The notes beneath the pieces were generated by a model. The model saw only the letters and a list, made by a program, of their open reading frames with translations, searched no databases and was not told the origin of the DNA. DNA of 64,000 nucleotides from Microgenomates group bacterium Gr01-1014_5. Its GTDB lineage: Bacteria > Patescibacteriota > Microgenomatia > UBA8517 > UBA10165. Where the stretch lies: assembly GCA_007376395.1 (NCBI GenBank), contig VMGE01000002.1, positions 77,118 through 141,117 of the forward strand, given 5' to 3'. Positions 8,775-18,185 of the stretch are shown here, piece after piece. Position numbers and translations under genes: made by a program. Each line of letters starts with the position of its first letter. Position 1 is the stretch's first letter.

Positions 8775-11700
8775 TCACGAAACGGTTCCTTGGTTTAGTT
8801 TTGCCCTTTCCGGGCTGGTCGGAATCAAGCGCCCGATAATGACATTCTCCTTCAACCCTAAGAGTTTATCTTCTTTACCTAAAAGCGAGGCCTCTGTCAA
8901 AACACTGGTTGTGTTTTGGAACGAAGCGGCAGACAACCAAGAATCAGTAAATAAGGACGAGCGGGTAATTCCCAAGAAAATAGCTTGTGCTGTTGCCGGC
9001 TCTCCGCCTTCTGCTAAAATCTTCTCGTTTTCTTCTTCAAAGACTGCCCGGTCGACAATATCGCGCGGGAGAAGACTAGTGTCGCCTTGACTAACAATTT
9101 GCAGCTTGTCACACATTTTGCGTGCAATAACCTCAAAATGCTTATCGTTAATACGGATTCCTTGTGACTCGTAAACTTGCTGAATTTGGTCAACTAAATA
9201 TTCTTGTGCTGCGCGCAATCCCTTAACTGCTAAAATTTCTTTGATATCAAGATAGCCTGATGCCAATTGTTTACCCGCCTCAACCAAATCTCCGTCTTTA
9301 ACTTCCAGGTTTGAAGTCAAAGGAATAAGATATTCGCGCTCTTCGATTGGGTGAACTGAAGTGTTGCGCACGCGCACCAACCATCCGTCTTCTTGCTCAG
9401 CAATTTGGACAGACCCTGAAATCTCAGAAATAGGAGACAATGTTTTAGGCGTACGTGCTTCAAACAACTCTTCTACGCGCGGCAAACCTTGAGTCACGTC
9501 TAGTCCAACGATACCTCCTGCGTGTTTGGTTCTCATTGTTAATTGGGTACCAGGCTCGCCTATTGATTGAGCGGCTACAACCCCGACTGGCATACCCAAC
9601 TCAACATGATTACGGGTTGAAAGATCCCAGCCGTAACACGCGGCACAAAGTCCGTAACGCGCCTGACAGGTTAAAGGAGAACGAACTTTAATATTATCGA
9701 TTCCTGCTTCCTCGATTTTAGTGTATATTTCAGGCGTAATAACTTCGTTGCGGGCAAGTTTAATTCCGCCAACAGCTAAATCTTCGGCCACAACTCTCCC
9801 AATCAATCTTTGCGGTAAAGACTTTTCGCGGTTGCGGCGCGTTACTGTTAGACTTTCGCTGGTTCCGCAATCATCTAGACGAATGATGGCGTCGTGGGCA
9901 ACGTCAACAAGCCGGCGCGTTAAGTAACCTGCGTCAGCCGTCTTAATAGCTGAGTCTGTAAGACCTTTTCTTGATCCGCGGGCGCTAGTTACGTACTCAA
10001 AGATTGAAAGTCCTTCTCTAAAGTTAGATTTGGTCGGCAAATCAACAATTTTTCCTAACGGATCAACGACAAGTCCGCGCATAGCAGCCAGCTGTTTCAC
10101 CTGGTCACGGGAAGCACGCCCGACTCCTGCTTCAATAATCACCTTAATTGGGTTGGTGGCAGGGAGTGCCTCCCAAGTCAAATCCGCCATTTCTTCTGTC
10201 GTTTCAATCCAAAGCTCTTGAGTAAGCCTGCGGCGCTCTTCTCCTGTAATCAGCCCTGTCTTGAAATTCTCATCAATTTCCAAGAGCTCTCCTGTTGCTT
10301 CCTCGAGCATTTGTTCTTTATCAGGGTGGATTTGAGCGTCAGTAACCGCAAAGGAAAGCCCCGAAACTGTGCCAGCCATAAACCCGAGCGACTTGACTTT
10401 GTCAATCATTTCGACCACTTCTTCGCGTGTGCCTTGACTCAAGGCTTTGGCAAACAAGCCCCGGATAATAGAAGCTGTTGCTGGTTCATTGGCAAAGCGT
10501 AAATATTCAGGCAAAGCTTCATTAAAGAGCAGGCGTCCGACAGTAGTCGTAATCTTTTCTTGACCAATTCTGACGACTATCTTTTCGCGCAGACGGATGT
10601 GTTTCTTTTGATAAGCCGAAATTGCCTCTTCGCTGTCTGAATACATCCGGGGATTCTCGCCTTTATCTAATGGATCATTACTTGTTAAATAATAAACACC
10701 CAAGGCCATTTCTTTGGAAGCAGGGATCGCAATTGGCGATCCATCAGCAGGACGTAAAAGATTGTTCTCCGGGCTCATAAGTCTCATCGCTTCTTCGCGG
10801 GCACGTTTCGAGAGAGGTACGTGAACCGCCATTTGGTCACCGTCAAAATCTGCGTTATAACCAGAACAGACGCAGGGGTGAACACGGATAGCCGAACCTT
10901 CAATAAGAACCGGATAAAAGGCTTGGATACCCAATTTGTGTAAAGTTGGCGCGCGGTTTAACAAAACCGGGTGATCGTGGGTAATTTCTTCGAGAATATC
11001 AAAGATTTCAGGAGGCCTGCGGTCAAGCATATTCTTAGCACTTTTAACATTGGGTGCGATTCCACGGATAATCATCTCGCGTAAAACGAAAGGTTTAAAC
11101 ATTTCCAAAGCCATTTCTTTTGGCAGACCACATTGGTTAAGACGGAGCTCTGGACCGACAACGATGACCGAGCGTCCAGAATAATCAACACGTTTACCTA
11201 AAAGGTTTTGGCGGAAACGTCCTTGTTTCCCGCGCAACATGTCGGAAAGAGAGCGCAAATATTGGCGGTCACGGCCGCGGCGTGCAGTTTGGCGCTGAGA
11301 AGCATCAATTAGAGAGTCAACTGACTCTTGCAGCATGCGTTTTTCGTTTCTTAAGATAATTCCTGGAGCACCAAGCTCTAAGAGGTGGCGCAGTCTGTTG
11401 TTGCGGTTGATAACACGGCGGTAAAGATCGTTTAAGTCGCTGGTTGCAAAACGTCCTCCTGATAACTGAACCATCGGGCGAAGATCTGGCGGCAAAACAG
11501 GCAAAACCTTTAAGATCATCCAACTTGGGTCAACAGATGCGCGGCGCATACCGTCAACCAAGCGCAAACGTTTTGTTAGTTTTATCTTGCGCACATCAGA
11601 AGCCTCTTCTAACTCTTCGCGGATTTGTTTCGAGAGTTCGTCAAGGTTGAGCTTGGCCATTACCCTTAGCAAGACTTCAGCCCCCATGTCGGCTTCGAAA

Positions 11701-12482
11701 AAATCTACCGCGTCGTAGTTTTCCAGCTCAATATACTCTTCGTCAGACAAAAGAGACATTGGGCGCACGCCTTTAACGATATCCAAAAGTCTATTAAAAA
11801 GCTCTTCTGTTTTTGCTTGCCCGCTTTTTGCCTCTTCATGAACTGCAGTTAGCGTGTTGCGGGTTGATAATTCAATCTCTTGTTTTGAAAGATTGAATTG
11901 CTCTTTATTCTTAATCTTTTCCTGCAAAGCTTCTGCTTTGCGGTCTGCTTCACGGCGGATTTTTTCAGTTTCCTGTCTTTCATTTTCTATAATCTCATCA
12001 ACTCTAACTTTGGCTGCTTTCTCAATTGACTCAATTGCTTTTTTACGGCCGTCTTCCCGCACAGCAGTAACCAAAAAGCGCGCAAAATAAATAACCTGTT
12101 CTAAAGCTTTGGGAGGAACGTCTAATATTAGGGAAAGTTTTGAAGGAGCGCCTTTGAAAAACCAAACATGGGCAACAGGAACGGCGAGGGTAATATGTCC
12201 CATGCGCTCGCGGCGAACGCGGGATTGGGTAACTTCGACTCCACACTTATCGCAAATAATCCCTTTATAGCGAATCCTTTTATATTTGCCGCAGTAACAC
12301 TCCCAGTCTTTCGTCGGTCCAAAAATGCGCTCGTCAAAAAGACCATCTTTTTCAGGTTTTAGAGTCCTGTAATTGATAGTTTCCGGCTTGGTTACTTCGC
12401 CGTTAGACCAATTTTTGATCTCGTCATGCGAAGCAAGCTTTACTTTTAATCTTGAAAAATCAGTTAAGTCTTTCAGTTCCAT
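8775..12482 (-). CDS. rpoC: RNA polymerase beta' subunit
   Basis: N-terminal Zn ribbon, GKRVDYSGR, NADFDGDQM active site, QSIGEPGTQL; coiled-coil insertion near the N-terminus. Confidence 0.99.
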   Translation of the reverse strand: MELKDLTDFSRLKVKLASHDEIKNWSNGEVTKPETINYRTLKPEKDGLFDERIFGPTKDWECYCGKYKRIRYKGIICDKCGVEVTQSRVRRERMGHITLAVPVAHVWFFKGAPSKLSLILDVPPKALEQVIYFARFLVTAVREDGRKKAIESIEKAAKVRVDEIIENERQETEKIRREADRKAEALQEKIKNKEQFNLSKQEIELSTRNTLTAVHEEAKSGQAKTEELFNRLLDIVKGVRPMSLLSDEEYIELENYDAVDFFEADMGAEVLLRVMAKLNLDELSKQIREELEEASDVRKIKLTKRLRLVDGMRRASVDPSWMILKVLPVLPPDLRPMVQLSGGRFATSDLNDLYRRVINRNNRLRHLLELGAPGIILRNEKRMLQESVDSLIDASQRQTARRGRDRQYLRSLSDMLRGKQGRFRQNLLGKRVDYSGRSVIVVGPELRLNQCGLPKEMALEMFKPFVLREMIIRGIAPNVKSAKNMLDRRPPEIFDILEEITHDHPVLLNRAPTLHKLGIQAFYPVLIEGSAIRVHPCVCSGYNADFDGDQMAVHVPLSKRAREEAMRLMSPENNLLRPADGSPIAIPASKEMALGVYYLTSNDPLDKGENPRMYSDSEEAISAYQKKHIRLREKIVVRIGQEKITTTVGRLLFNEALPEYLRFANEPATASIIRGLFAKALSQGTREEVVEMIDKVKSLGFMAGTVSGLSFAVTDAQIHPDKEQMLEEATGELLEIDENFKTGLITGEERRRLTQELWIETTEEMADLTWEALPATNPIKVIIEAGVGRASRDQVKQLAAMRGLVVDPLGKIVDLPTKSNFREGLSIFEYVTSARGSRKGLTDSAIKTADAGYLTRRLVDVAHDAIIRLDDCGTSESLTVTRRNREKSLPQRLIGRVVAEDLAVGGIKLARNEVITPEIYTKIEEAGIDNIKVRSPLTCQARYGLCAACYGWDLSTRNHVELGMPVGVVAAQSIGEPGTQLTMRTKHAGGIVGLDVTQGLPRVEELFEARTPKTLSPISEISGSVQIAEQEDGWLVRVRNTSVHPIEEREYLIPLTSNLEVKDGDLVEAGKQLASGYLDIKEILAVKGLRAAQEYLVDQIQQVYESQGIRINDKHFEVIARKMCDKLQIVSQGDTSLLPRDIVDRAVFEEENEKILAEGGEPATAQAIFLGITRSSLFTDSWLSAASFQNTTSVLTEASLLGKEDKLLGLKENVIIGRLIPTSPERAKLNQGTVS

Positions 12483-12504
12483 ATAATAAATAGTTGGACT
12501 GGTT

Positions 12505-15500
12505 CTACTCTTTTGCCTCCTCCATTTTTAGGCCTTCAACTTGCTCTGTCATGATTAGTTCTGGCACAACGCCTTCAATTACAGGATCAACTTCCTCTTC
12601 TGTTTTAGTTATCAAATGCCCCGCAGGAGTAATCGACAAACCTAAAGAATTAAGTTCGCGGACTAAAACCTTGAACGACTCCGGAACCGTTGACTCAGGA
12701 ATCTCGGTACCTTTAACAATTGCCTCGAAAGCGCGCGCGCGACCCACAACGTCGTCAGATTTTATGGTAAGCATTTCTTGCAAGGTATGAGCGGCACGGT
12801 GTGCCTCTAAAGCCCAAACTTCCATTTCTCCAAGTCGTTGTCCACCCATTTGCGCTTTACCTCCTAAAGGCTGTTGGGTGACCAAAGAGTATGGTCCGGT
12901 TGAACGGGCGTGGGTCTTATCTTCAACCATGTGGGTAAGCTTCATGATGTAACCGCGCCCAACGACAGTTTCTTGCTCAAACGGCTCGCCTGTTTTACCG
13001 TCGTAAAGTTGAATTTTTCCTGAAACCGGAAGTTTCGCGTCTTTCATAATTTTATCAGTTTGTTCTGGCGTAAGCTTGTCAAAGACAGGAAGGGCAAACT
13101 TAGTTTTAAGTTCTCCCGCGGCCCAACCAAGTTGTGCTTCTAAGAGTTGTCCCAAGTTCATACGCGCAAGAACAGAAAGCGGGGAAATAATAATATCTAT
13201 CGGGGTTCCGTCTGCCAAGTGCGGCATATCATAATCAGGAACGATCTTCGAAATAACTCCTTTGTTTCCGTGACGTCCGGCAAGCTTGTCTCCGACGGCG
13301 ACTTTACGCATTTGGGCAACACGCACCACAACTTTCATTAAAGTCCCAGGGTCTAAATCGTCACCCTTTTCGCGGTCTAATATTTGCACATCGACAACTA
13401 TTCCGTGTTCTCCATGCGGCACACGCAAGGACGTATCCCGCACTTCCCGTGCCTTCTCGCCAAAAATGGCGCGAAGTAAACGTTCCTCTGAAGTAAGTTC
13501 TGTCTCGCCTTTCGGAGCGATTTTTCCTACCAAAATATCATTTGCCCGCACTTCTGCGCCAATGACAACAATTCCGTCTGCTGCTAAATTGGCCAAATCG
13601 CTCTCAGCAACGTTGGGGATATCGCGGGTTAACTCTTCAGGCCCAAGCTTAGTATCCACAACCTGTGCTTCGTATTCTTCGATATGGATAGAAGTTAGGC
13701 TGTCTTCCCGCACTAGACGGTCTGAAACCACAATTGCGTCTTCAAAGCCCAAACCTTCAAAAGAACAATAGGCAATAAGCAGGTTTTGCCCTAAAGAAAG
13801 CTCTCCGTCGTCGGTTGCCGGTCCGTCTGCCAAAAGGTCTCCGGGACGAACCACATCTCCGACAACAACCTTTGATCTTTGGTTAAAAGCAGTCGACTGA
13901 GAAGTTCTTTTAAATTTATCTAAAGTGTAAATTTCCCGCTTACCGTCCATCTTAATACGATCTCCTTCACGGTCATCGATTACCGATTTGCCGCTAACTT
14001 CAATTTCGATTTTTTCCGCGTCGACATAAACAATGCGTCCGCCGTTTCTAGCACGAACAACCCGACCCATAGCAGAGGCTACTGTTTCTTCCATACCAGT
14101 ACCCATAAGTGGAGCTTCTGGGCGAACTAAAGGCACAGCTTGGCATTGCATGTTGGTGCCCATTAAAGCACGGTTTGCCTCATCGTGAGATAAAAACGGT
14201 ATAAGGGAAGCAGAAGTGCCGATAACTTGGCGGGGTGTTAAATCGATAAGTTCGATTTCGTCCAAAGGTCCTTCGGTAAACGAGCCTTGGTAGCGCATTG
14301 GTACCCAGTTATCAAGAATAAAACCGTCTTTATCGGTCGCAAGCGAGGCGTGAGTAATGTGATAATTTTCCTCATCATCTGCCGTAATGTAGACAATTTC
14401 GTCAGTGGCGCGCACTTTTTTGCCAACTTTCTCAATCTTGCGGTAGGGAGACTCCAAAAATCCATGCGGGTTTACGCGTGTGTAAAGGGCTAAATACGTA
14501 ACCAAACCTATAGACGGTCCTTCTGGAGAGCGTACCGGGTCGATACGGCCATATTGGGAAGCATTAATGTCGCGGATAGAGAATGATGCGCGCTCTTTAG
14601 TAATACCGCCCGGACCCATAACAGAAAGGCGCCGGATATTATCAAGCTCAGAAAGAGGATTTGTTTGATCTAAAATAGCCGACAGCTGGTTTGAGCGGAA
14701 AAATTCGTTTAAAGCGGCAATTAACGGCCTAGCGTTAACCAAGACGCTCGGGCTGACTAATTCTTCAGTGGAAGTTAAGCTCATCTTTTCTTTAATTGAA
14801 CGCTCGAGCCTAACCATTCCGACACGGAAAGCAGACGATAAAACAAGCTCCCCAACAGTCCTAACTCTGCGGTTTGCCAAGTGGTCAATATCGTCAACCT
14901 TACCCTGTCCATTTTGCAAACTTATCAAATAGCGCAAGGTTTGCACCACATCTTCAAGTTTTAATACCCAGTTTTCTTGAGTGTTGGGGAAGTCTAATCC
15001 AAGCTTTTTGTTCATCTTGTAGCGGCCAACACGGTCGAGACCATAACGGCGCACGTCAAAGAACAAGCTTTTAAAGAGCGTGTCTGCGTTTTCCAAAACG
15101 ACCAATTCTCCGGCGCGCATTTTGCGGTAAATCTCCAAAAGCGCTCCGTCGTGATCTCGGGTAGGATCTTTTAATAAAGTAGCAATAATATAGTTGTGGT
15201 TCTTATCAGTATCAACATCTGCAAACTTTGCTTTTATCTCTTCTTCGCTTTCTAGTCCCATTGCGCGCAAAAGCGTTGTTGCTAAAATCTTTCTGCGGCG
15301 GTCAATACGGGCAATAATTCCGTCCTGACGGGTTACTTCAAACTCCAGCCACGACCCTCGCGCAGGGCGAATTTCCGCCCGGTACAACATGCGCCCAGAG
15401 GCAGGATCAATTTCTCCTGAGAAATAAACTCCCGGAGAGCGCACAATTTGGTTAACCACAGCTCGTTCAATGCCGTTAACAACAAAAGTTGCCTCAGGAG

Positions 15501-15840
15501 TCATTTGCGGAATATCTCCCAAAAAGACTTCTTGGGTTGTAACTTTACCCGTCTTTTTATTTAAAAGTGTAGTTTGGGCATGGAGTGCGGAAGAGAAAGT
15601 TAAACCTTTATTGCGGGCTCGTGTTGGAGAAATTTCAGGGGGGCTAATGTTAAATTCGCCAAAAGTTAGTTCCCAGTTCTTGCCAGTAAAATCCGAGACC
15701 GGCGAGATCTCGAGAAGCGCCTCGCCAATTCCCTCCCTAAGAAAGGTTTGCCAAGACTCCTTTTGTATGGCCAGCAGATTGATTTGCGACAAAGTCCGAT
15801 CTGCTTGGCTCAAGAATTGACGTTTAAGCGAGGAAGCCAT
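12505..15840 (-). CDS. rpoB: RNA polymerase beta subunit (start placed at ATG 15840)
   Basis: NGIERAVVNQIVRSPG, GDKLAGRHGNKG, HARSTGPYSLVTQQPLGG, GEMEVWALEA; the region above 15840 looks like a structured leader. Confidence 0.98.
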   Translation of the reverse strand: MASSLKRQFLSQADRTLSQINLLAIQKESWQTFLREGIGEALLEISPVSDFTGKNWELTFGEFNISPPEISPTRARNKGLTFSSALHAQTTLLNKKTGKVTTQEVFLGDIPQMTPEATFVVNGIERAVVNQIVRSPGVYFSGEIDPASGRMLYRAEIRPARGSWLEFEVTRQDGIIARIDRRRKILATTLLRAMGLESEEEIKAKFADVDTDKNHNYIIATLLKDPTRDHDGALLEIYRKMRAGELVVLENADTLFKSLFFDVRRYGLDRVGRYKMNKKLGLDFPNTQENWVLKLEDVVQTLRYLISLQNGQGKVDDIDHLANRRVRTVGELVLSSAFRVGMVRLERSIKEKMSLTSTEELVSPSVLVNARPLIAALNEFFRSNQLSAILDQTNPLSELDNIRRLSVMGPGGITKERASFSIRDINASQYGRIDPVRSPEGPSIGLVTYLALYTRVNPHGFLESPYRKIEKVGKKVRATDEIVYITADDEENYHITHASLATDKDGFILDNWVPMRYQGSFTEGPLDEIELIDLTPRQVIGTSASLIPFLSHDEANRALMGTNMQCQAVPLVRPEAPLMGTGMEETVASAMGRVVRARNGGRIVYVDAEKIEIEVSGKSVIDDREGDRIKMDGKREIYTLDKFKRTSQSTAFNQRSKVVVGDVVRPGDLLADGPATDDGELSLGQNLLIAYCSFEGLGFEDAIVVSDRLVREDSLTSIHIEEYEAQVVDTKLGPEELTRDIPNVAESDLANLAADGIVVIGAEVRANDILVGKIAPKGETELTSEERLLRAIFGEKAREVRDTSLRVPHGEHGIVVDVQILDREKGDDLDPGTLMKVVVRVAQMRKVAVGDKLAGRHGNKGVISKIVPDYDMPHLADGTPIDIIISPLSVLARMNLGQLLEAQLGWAAGELKTKFALPVFDKLTPEQTDKIMKDAKLPVSGKIQLYDGKTGEPFEQETVVGRGYIMKLTHMVEDKTHARSTGPYSLVTQQPLGGKAQMGGQRLGEMEVWALEAHRAAHTLQEMLTIKSDDVVGRARAFEAIVKGTEIPESTVPESFKVLVRELNSLGLSITPAGHLITKTEEEVDPVIEGVVPELIMTEQVEGLKMEEAKE

Positions 15841-15962
15841 CAATCGATTTATTGTAAACAAATTTTTGCGCTGGTCCCCGTTAAGCGAGGTGGGCGTGCA
15901 AGACGCAAAAATACCGCCATTAGGCGATACAAAACTGGGCGTACTCACGTACGCTTAAGGAG

Positions 15963-15991
15963 AATATACACTATCACCCAAAGCTTGTCAA
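15963..15991 (-). promoter_or_regulatory. rpoB promoter TTGACA-17-TATATT
   Basis: -35 at 15986-15991, -10 at 15963-15968. Confidence 0.75.
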
Positions 15992-15992
15992 G
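15975..15992 (+). repeat. 18-bp direct repeat CACCCAAAGCTTGTCAAG, copy 1
   Basis: Identical to 17318-17335. Confidence 0.85.
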
Positions 15993-16086
15993 AGCTATAA
16001 TTAGTCTCAGACAACTCGGGTGTCTGAATTCCGCGCTTATCGCAGGCTATTCTATCGACTTCATCCTAAAATTGCTACAATGAGGC

Positions 16087-17277
16087 GTGAACTACACTGC
16101 ACGCCTAAAAAGAAACATTAAGCTTTTCTATATTGTCGATTTTCTAATTGGACTCGACTTTGTCATTCCTGTTTGGGTAGCTTTCCATCTTCGCGTCCTT
16201 GATTACTCCCAAATTGCCATTTTAACAGCTTTTCTCTACGGATTAACAATGATCTTAGAACTTCCGACTGGAGCGCTAGCTGATATGTTGGGCAGAAAAT
16301 GGACAACCGCCCTGGGTTGGATTTTCCAAGGATTAGGATATGCGTTCATCGCCTTTGCCAATAGTTTTACAGCATTTGGTATTGGTTACTTTATCGTAGC
16401 TATTGGCATAGCTTTAGTATCAGGAGCAAGTGTGGCCATGGTCTATGACACTTTTAAAGAATTAAAGAGAGAAAACGAATATTCAAAATTTGTTGCCAAA
16501 TCAAGCACTCTCTTTAGAATCGGACTAATCGTAGGAACCTTTACTGGGGGATATCTCTATCAGCTGCACTTGAGTCTTCCGTACCTCTTAATGGGTTTAG
16601 CCTATCTTGTTGCAGTCGGCTTTATTTTACTTCAACAAGAGCCAAAGATTGACACAGAAAAATTTACATTGACAAATTATCTTAGACAAACAAGAGATGG
16701 TTTTAAAGAGGTGTTTAAAACACAGTACTTAAAGAAGTTAACCTTGTTTTATACATTAGCGGGAGGCATTACTTGGGCCTGTGCTATCTACTTCAATCAA
16801 CCCTTTGCTAAAGACTTAGGGTTTGGCGAGATTGAACAAAGCTGGCTCTTTGGGGGAATCTATTTAACTAGTACTTCCATCATCTACCTCCTTTCCAGAA
16901 ATGATAAATTCCTTGACCGGAATAAAATTTATCTTGGTTTTCCAATTATCTTATCTTTAGCCTTATTGCCTGGTATTATCGCCTCAAAACTTGTTGCACC
17001 TGTTCTTCTTCTTGGCATTCTCGTTTGCACCAGTGGACGTTTTGCGTTTTTAGACCGTTATGCAAATTTAGAATATGAATCAAAGTATCGCGCTACCGCC
17101 GTTTCAGCCTTAAATATGTTGGTAAGTTTGTTTGTAATTATCGCTGTCGGTTTAAGCGGAAAGCTTCAGGATCTTTATGGAACACCCTTGGTCTTTACCT
17201 TACTGGGCATCGTTGCTCTTTTTGCAATGCTCCCGGTCGGTATAAACCTGGCAAGGCACAAACTACCAACAAAATAA
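16087..17277 (+). CDS. MFS transporter
   Basis: About 12 hydrophobic segments, ELPTGALADMLGRK motif A, YRATAVS. Confidence 0.9.
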   Translation: MNYTARLKRNIKLFYIVDFLIGLDFVIPVWVAFHLRVLDYSQIAILTAFLYGLTMILELPTGALADMLGRKWTTALGWIFQGLGYAFIAFANSFTAFGIGYFIVAIGIALVSGASVAMVYDTFKELKRENEYSKFVAKSSTLFRIGLIVGTFTGGYLYQLHLSLPYLLMGLAYLVAVGFILLQQEPKIDTEKFTLTNYLRQTRDGFKEVFKTQYLKKLTLFYTLAGGITWACAIYFNQPFAKDLGFGEIEQSWLFGGIYLTSTSIIYLLSRNDKFLDRNKIYLGFPIILSLALLPGIIASKLVAPVLLLGILVCTSGRFAFLDRYANLEYESKYRATAVSALNMLVSLFVIIAVGLSGKLQDLYGTPLVFTLLGIVALFAMLPVGINLARHKLPTK

Positions 17278-17280
17278 GAC

Positions 17281-17335
17281 TACCAGCTTGGCCATACACC
17301 TCCGAGGTGTAAACCTACACCCAAAGCTTGTCAAG
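17281..17335 (+). repeat. REP-like element with palindrome TACACCTC-C-GAGGTGTA, followed by 18-bp direct repeat copy 2
   Basis: 8-bp arms at 17295-17311; GAGGTGTAAAC end shared with 18161-18171 and 20688-20698. Confidence 0.7.
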
Positions 17336-17386
17336 TACTTATCACGCTTGATTTACCCATGCCGCATTTGTTACTATCCAAGCATA

Positions 17387-17725
17387 ATGTCACTTCATGA
17401 GCGGATCGAACCTGTCGAGGGACTTATAAGAAGAGATGAAAACGGAGAAATAATCGGTTTTGCTACAGCCTACGTGTGCCCTGAGAGAGATCTTATTGCA
17501 ACTTCTGAAGGCATAGGAACACCCGGGTTTACGGTAGCCAGCGACCCAGACATAAGAGATGCTTTAATCAATCACTTAAGGGATCACGGAATACCAATAA
17601 GAGCCTTTGACCCTAAAAACTCAGTTAGGATTCACGGCTTTAGCGCTAAAAATTGGAATTCCCCTTGGGAACCAAAAGGTCCCCAGCCTAACTGGCTGGT
17701 AATCAAAAACCCCGCAGAACAATAA
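17387..17725 (+). CDS. hypothetical protein (start placed at MSLHER)
   Basis: ORF in tandem with the next gene; upstream extension would translate the repeat. Confidence 0.6.
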   Translation: MSLHERIEPVEGLIRRDENGEIIGFATAYVCPERDLIATSEGIGTPGFTVASDPDIRDALINHLRDHGIPIRAFDPKNSVRIHGFSAKNWNSPWEPKGPQPNWLVIKNPAEQ

Positions 17726-17728
17726 TCT

Positions 17729-18121
17729 ATGACTGTAAAACATGAGCTTCCTAAAATAATTAAAGATGTCGGGTTTGATTTTAACTGGAGTGAAGAAAAA
17801 GTCTGGGCTTTAGACGTTCCCGTGGTTGATATGGATGTTGCCAAGCTTGAGTGGCACTTAGACATTCCTTTTTGGTGGACAAATAACGGTTTTTACAACC
17901 TGGCGCCACGCGAGGTAATTAATAATCCTGAAAAACATAAAGAAGAATACGAAAGAGTACTAAACGCAGACCTGAAACATCCATTAGACATAATGTTTTG
18001 GCGCGGTCGATGGTTGTTTTTAGACGGACTCCATAGATTTGTGAAAGCCTATCTCCGAGGCGATAAAACAGTCAAGGTGAGAAAAATCCCCCAGGAAGCA
18101 ATCCTTCAAATTAAAAACTAA
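17729..18121 (+). CDS. standalone ParB/Srx-like domain protein
   Basis: ADLKHPL...LDGLHRFVKA motif. Confidence 0.65.
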   Translation: MTVKHELPKIIKDVGFDFNWSEEKVWALDVPVVDMDVAKLEWHLDIPFWWTNNGFYNLAPREVINNPEKHKEEYERVLNADLKHPLDIMFWRGRWLFLDGLHRFVKAYLRGDKTVKVRKIPQEAILQIKN

Positions 18122-18171
18122 TAGCCTTACCAGGTGAGACCCTGGAAGCTCTGGAGGCTGGAGGTGTAAAC
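18122..18171 (+). repeat. REP-like element, expanded copy
   Basis: TAGCCTTACCAGGTGAGACC identical to 20665-20684, then three CTGGARG units, then TGTAAAC. Confidence 0.8.
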
Positions 18172-18185
18172 GTAAAAAAGCAAAA

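Noticed and set aside
15841-15948. 36-residue N-terminal extension of RpoB
   Set aside because: It does not resemble RpoB, and the region reads better as a hairpin-rich leader below the promoter.
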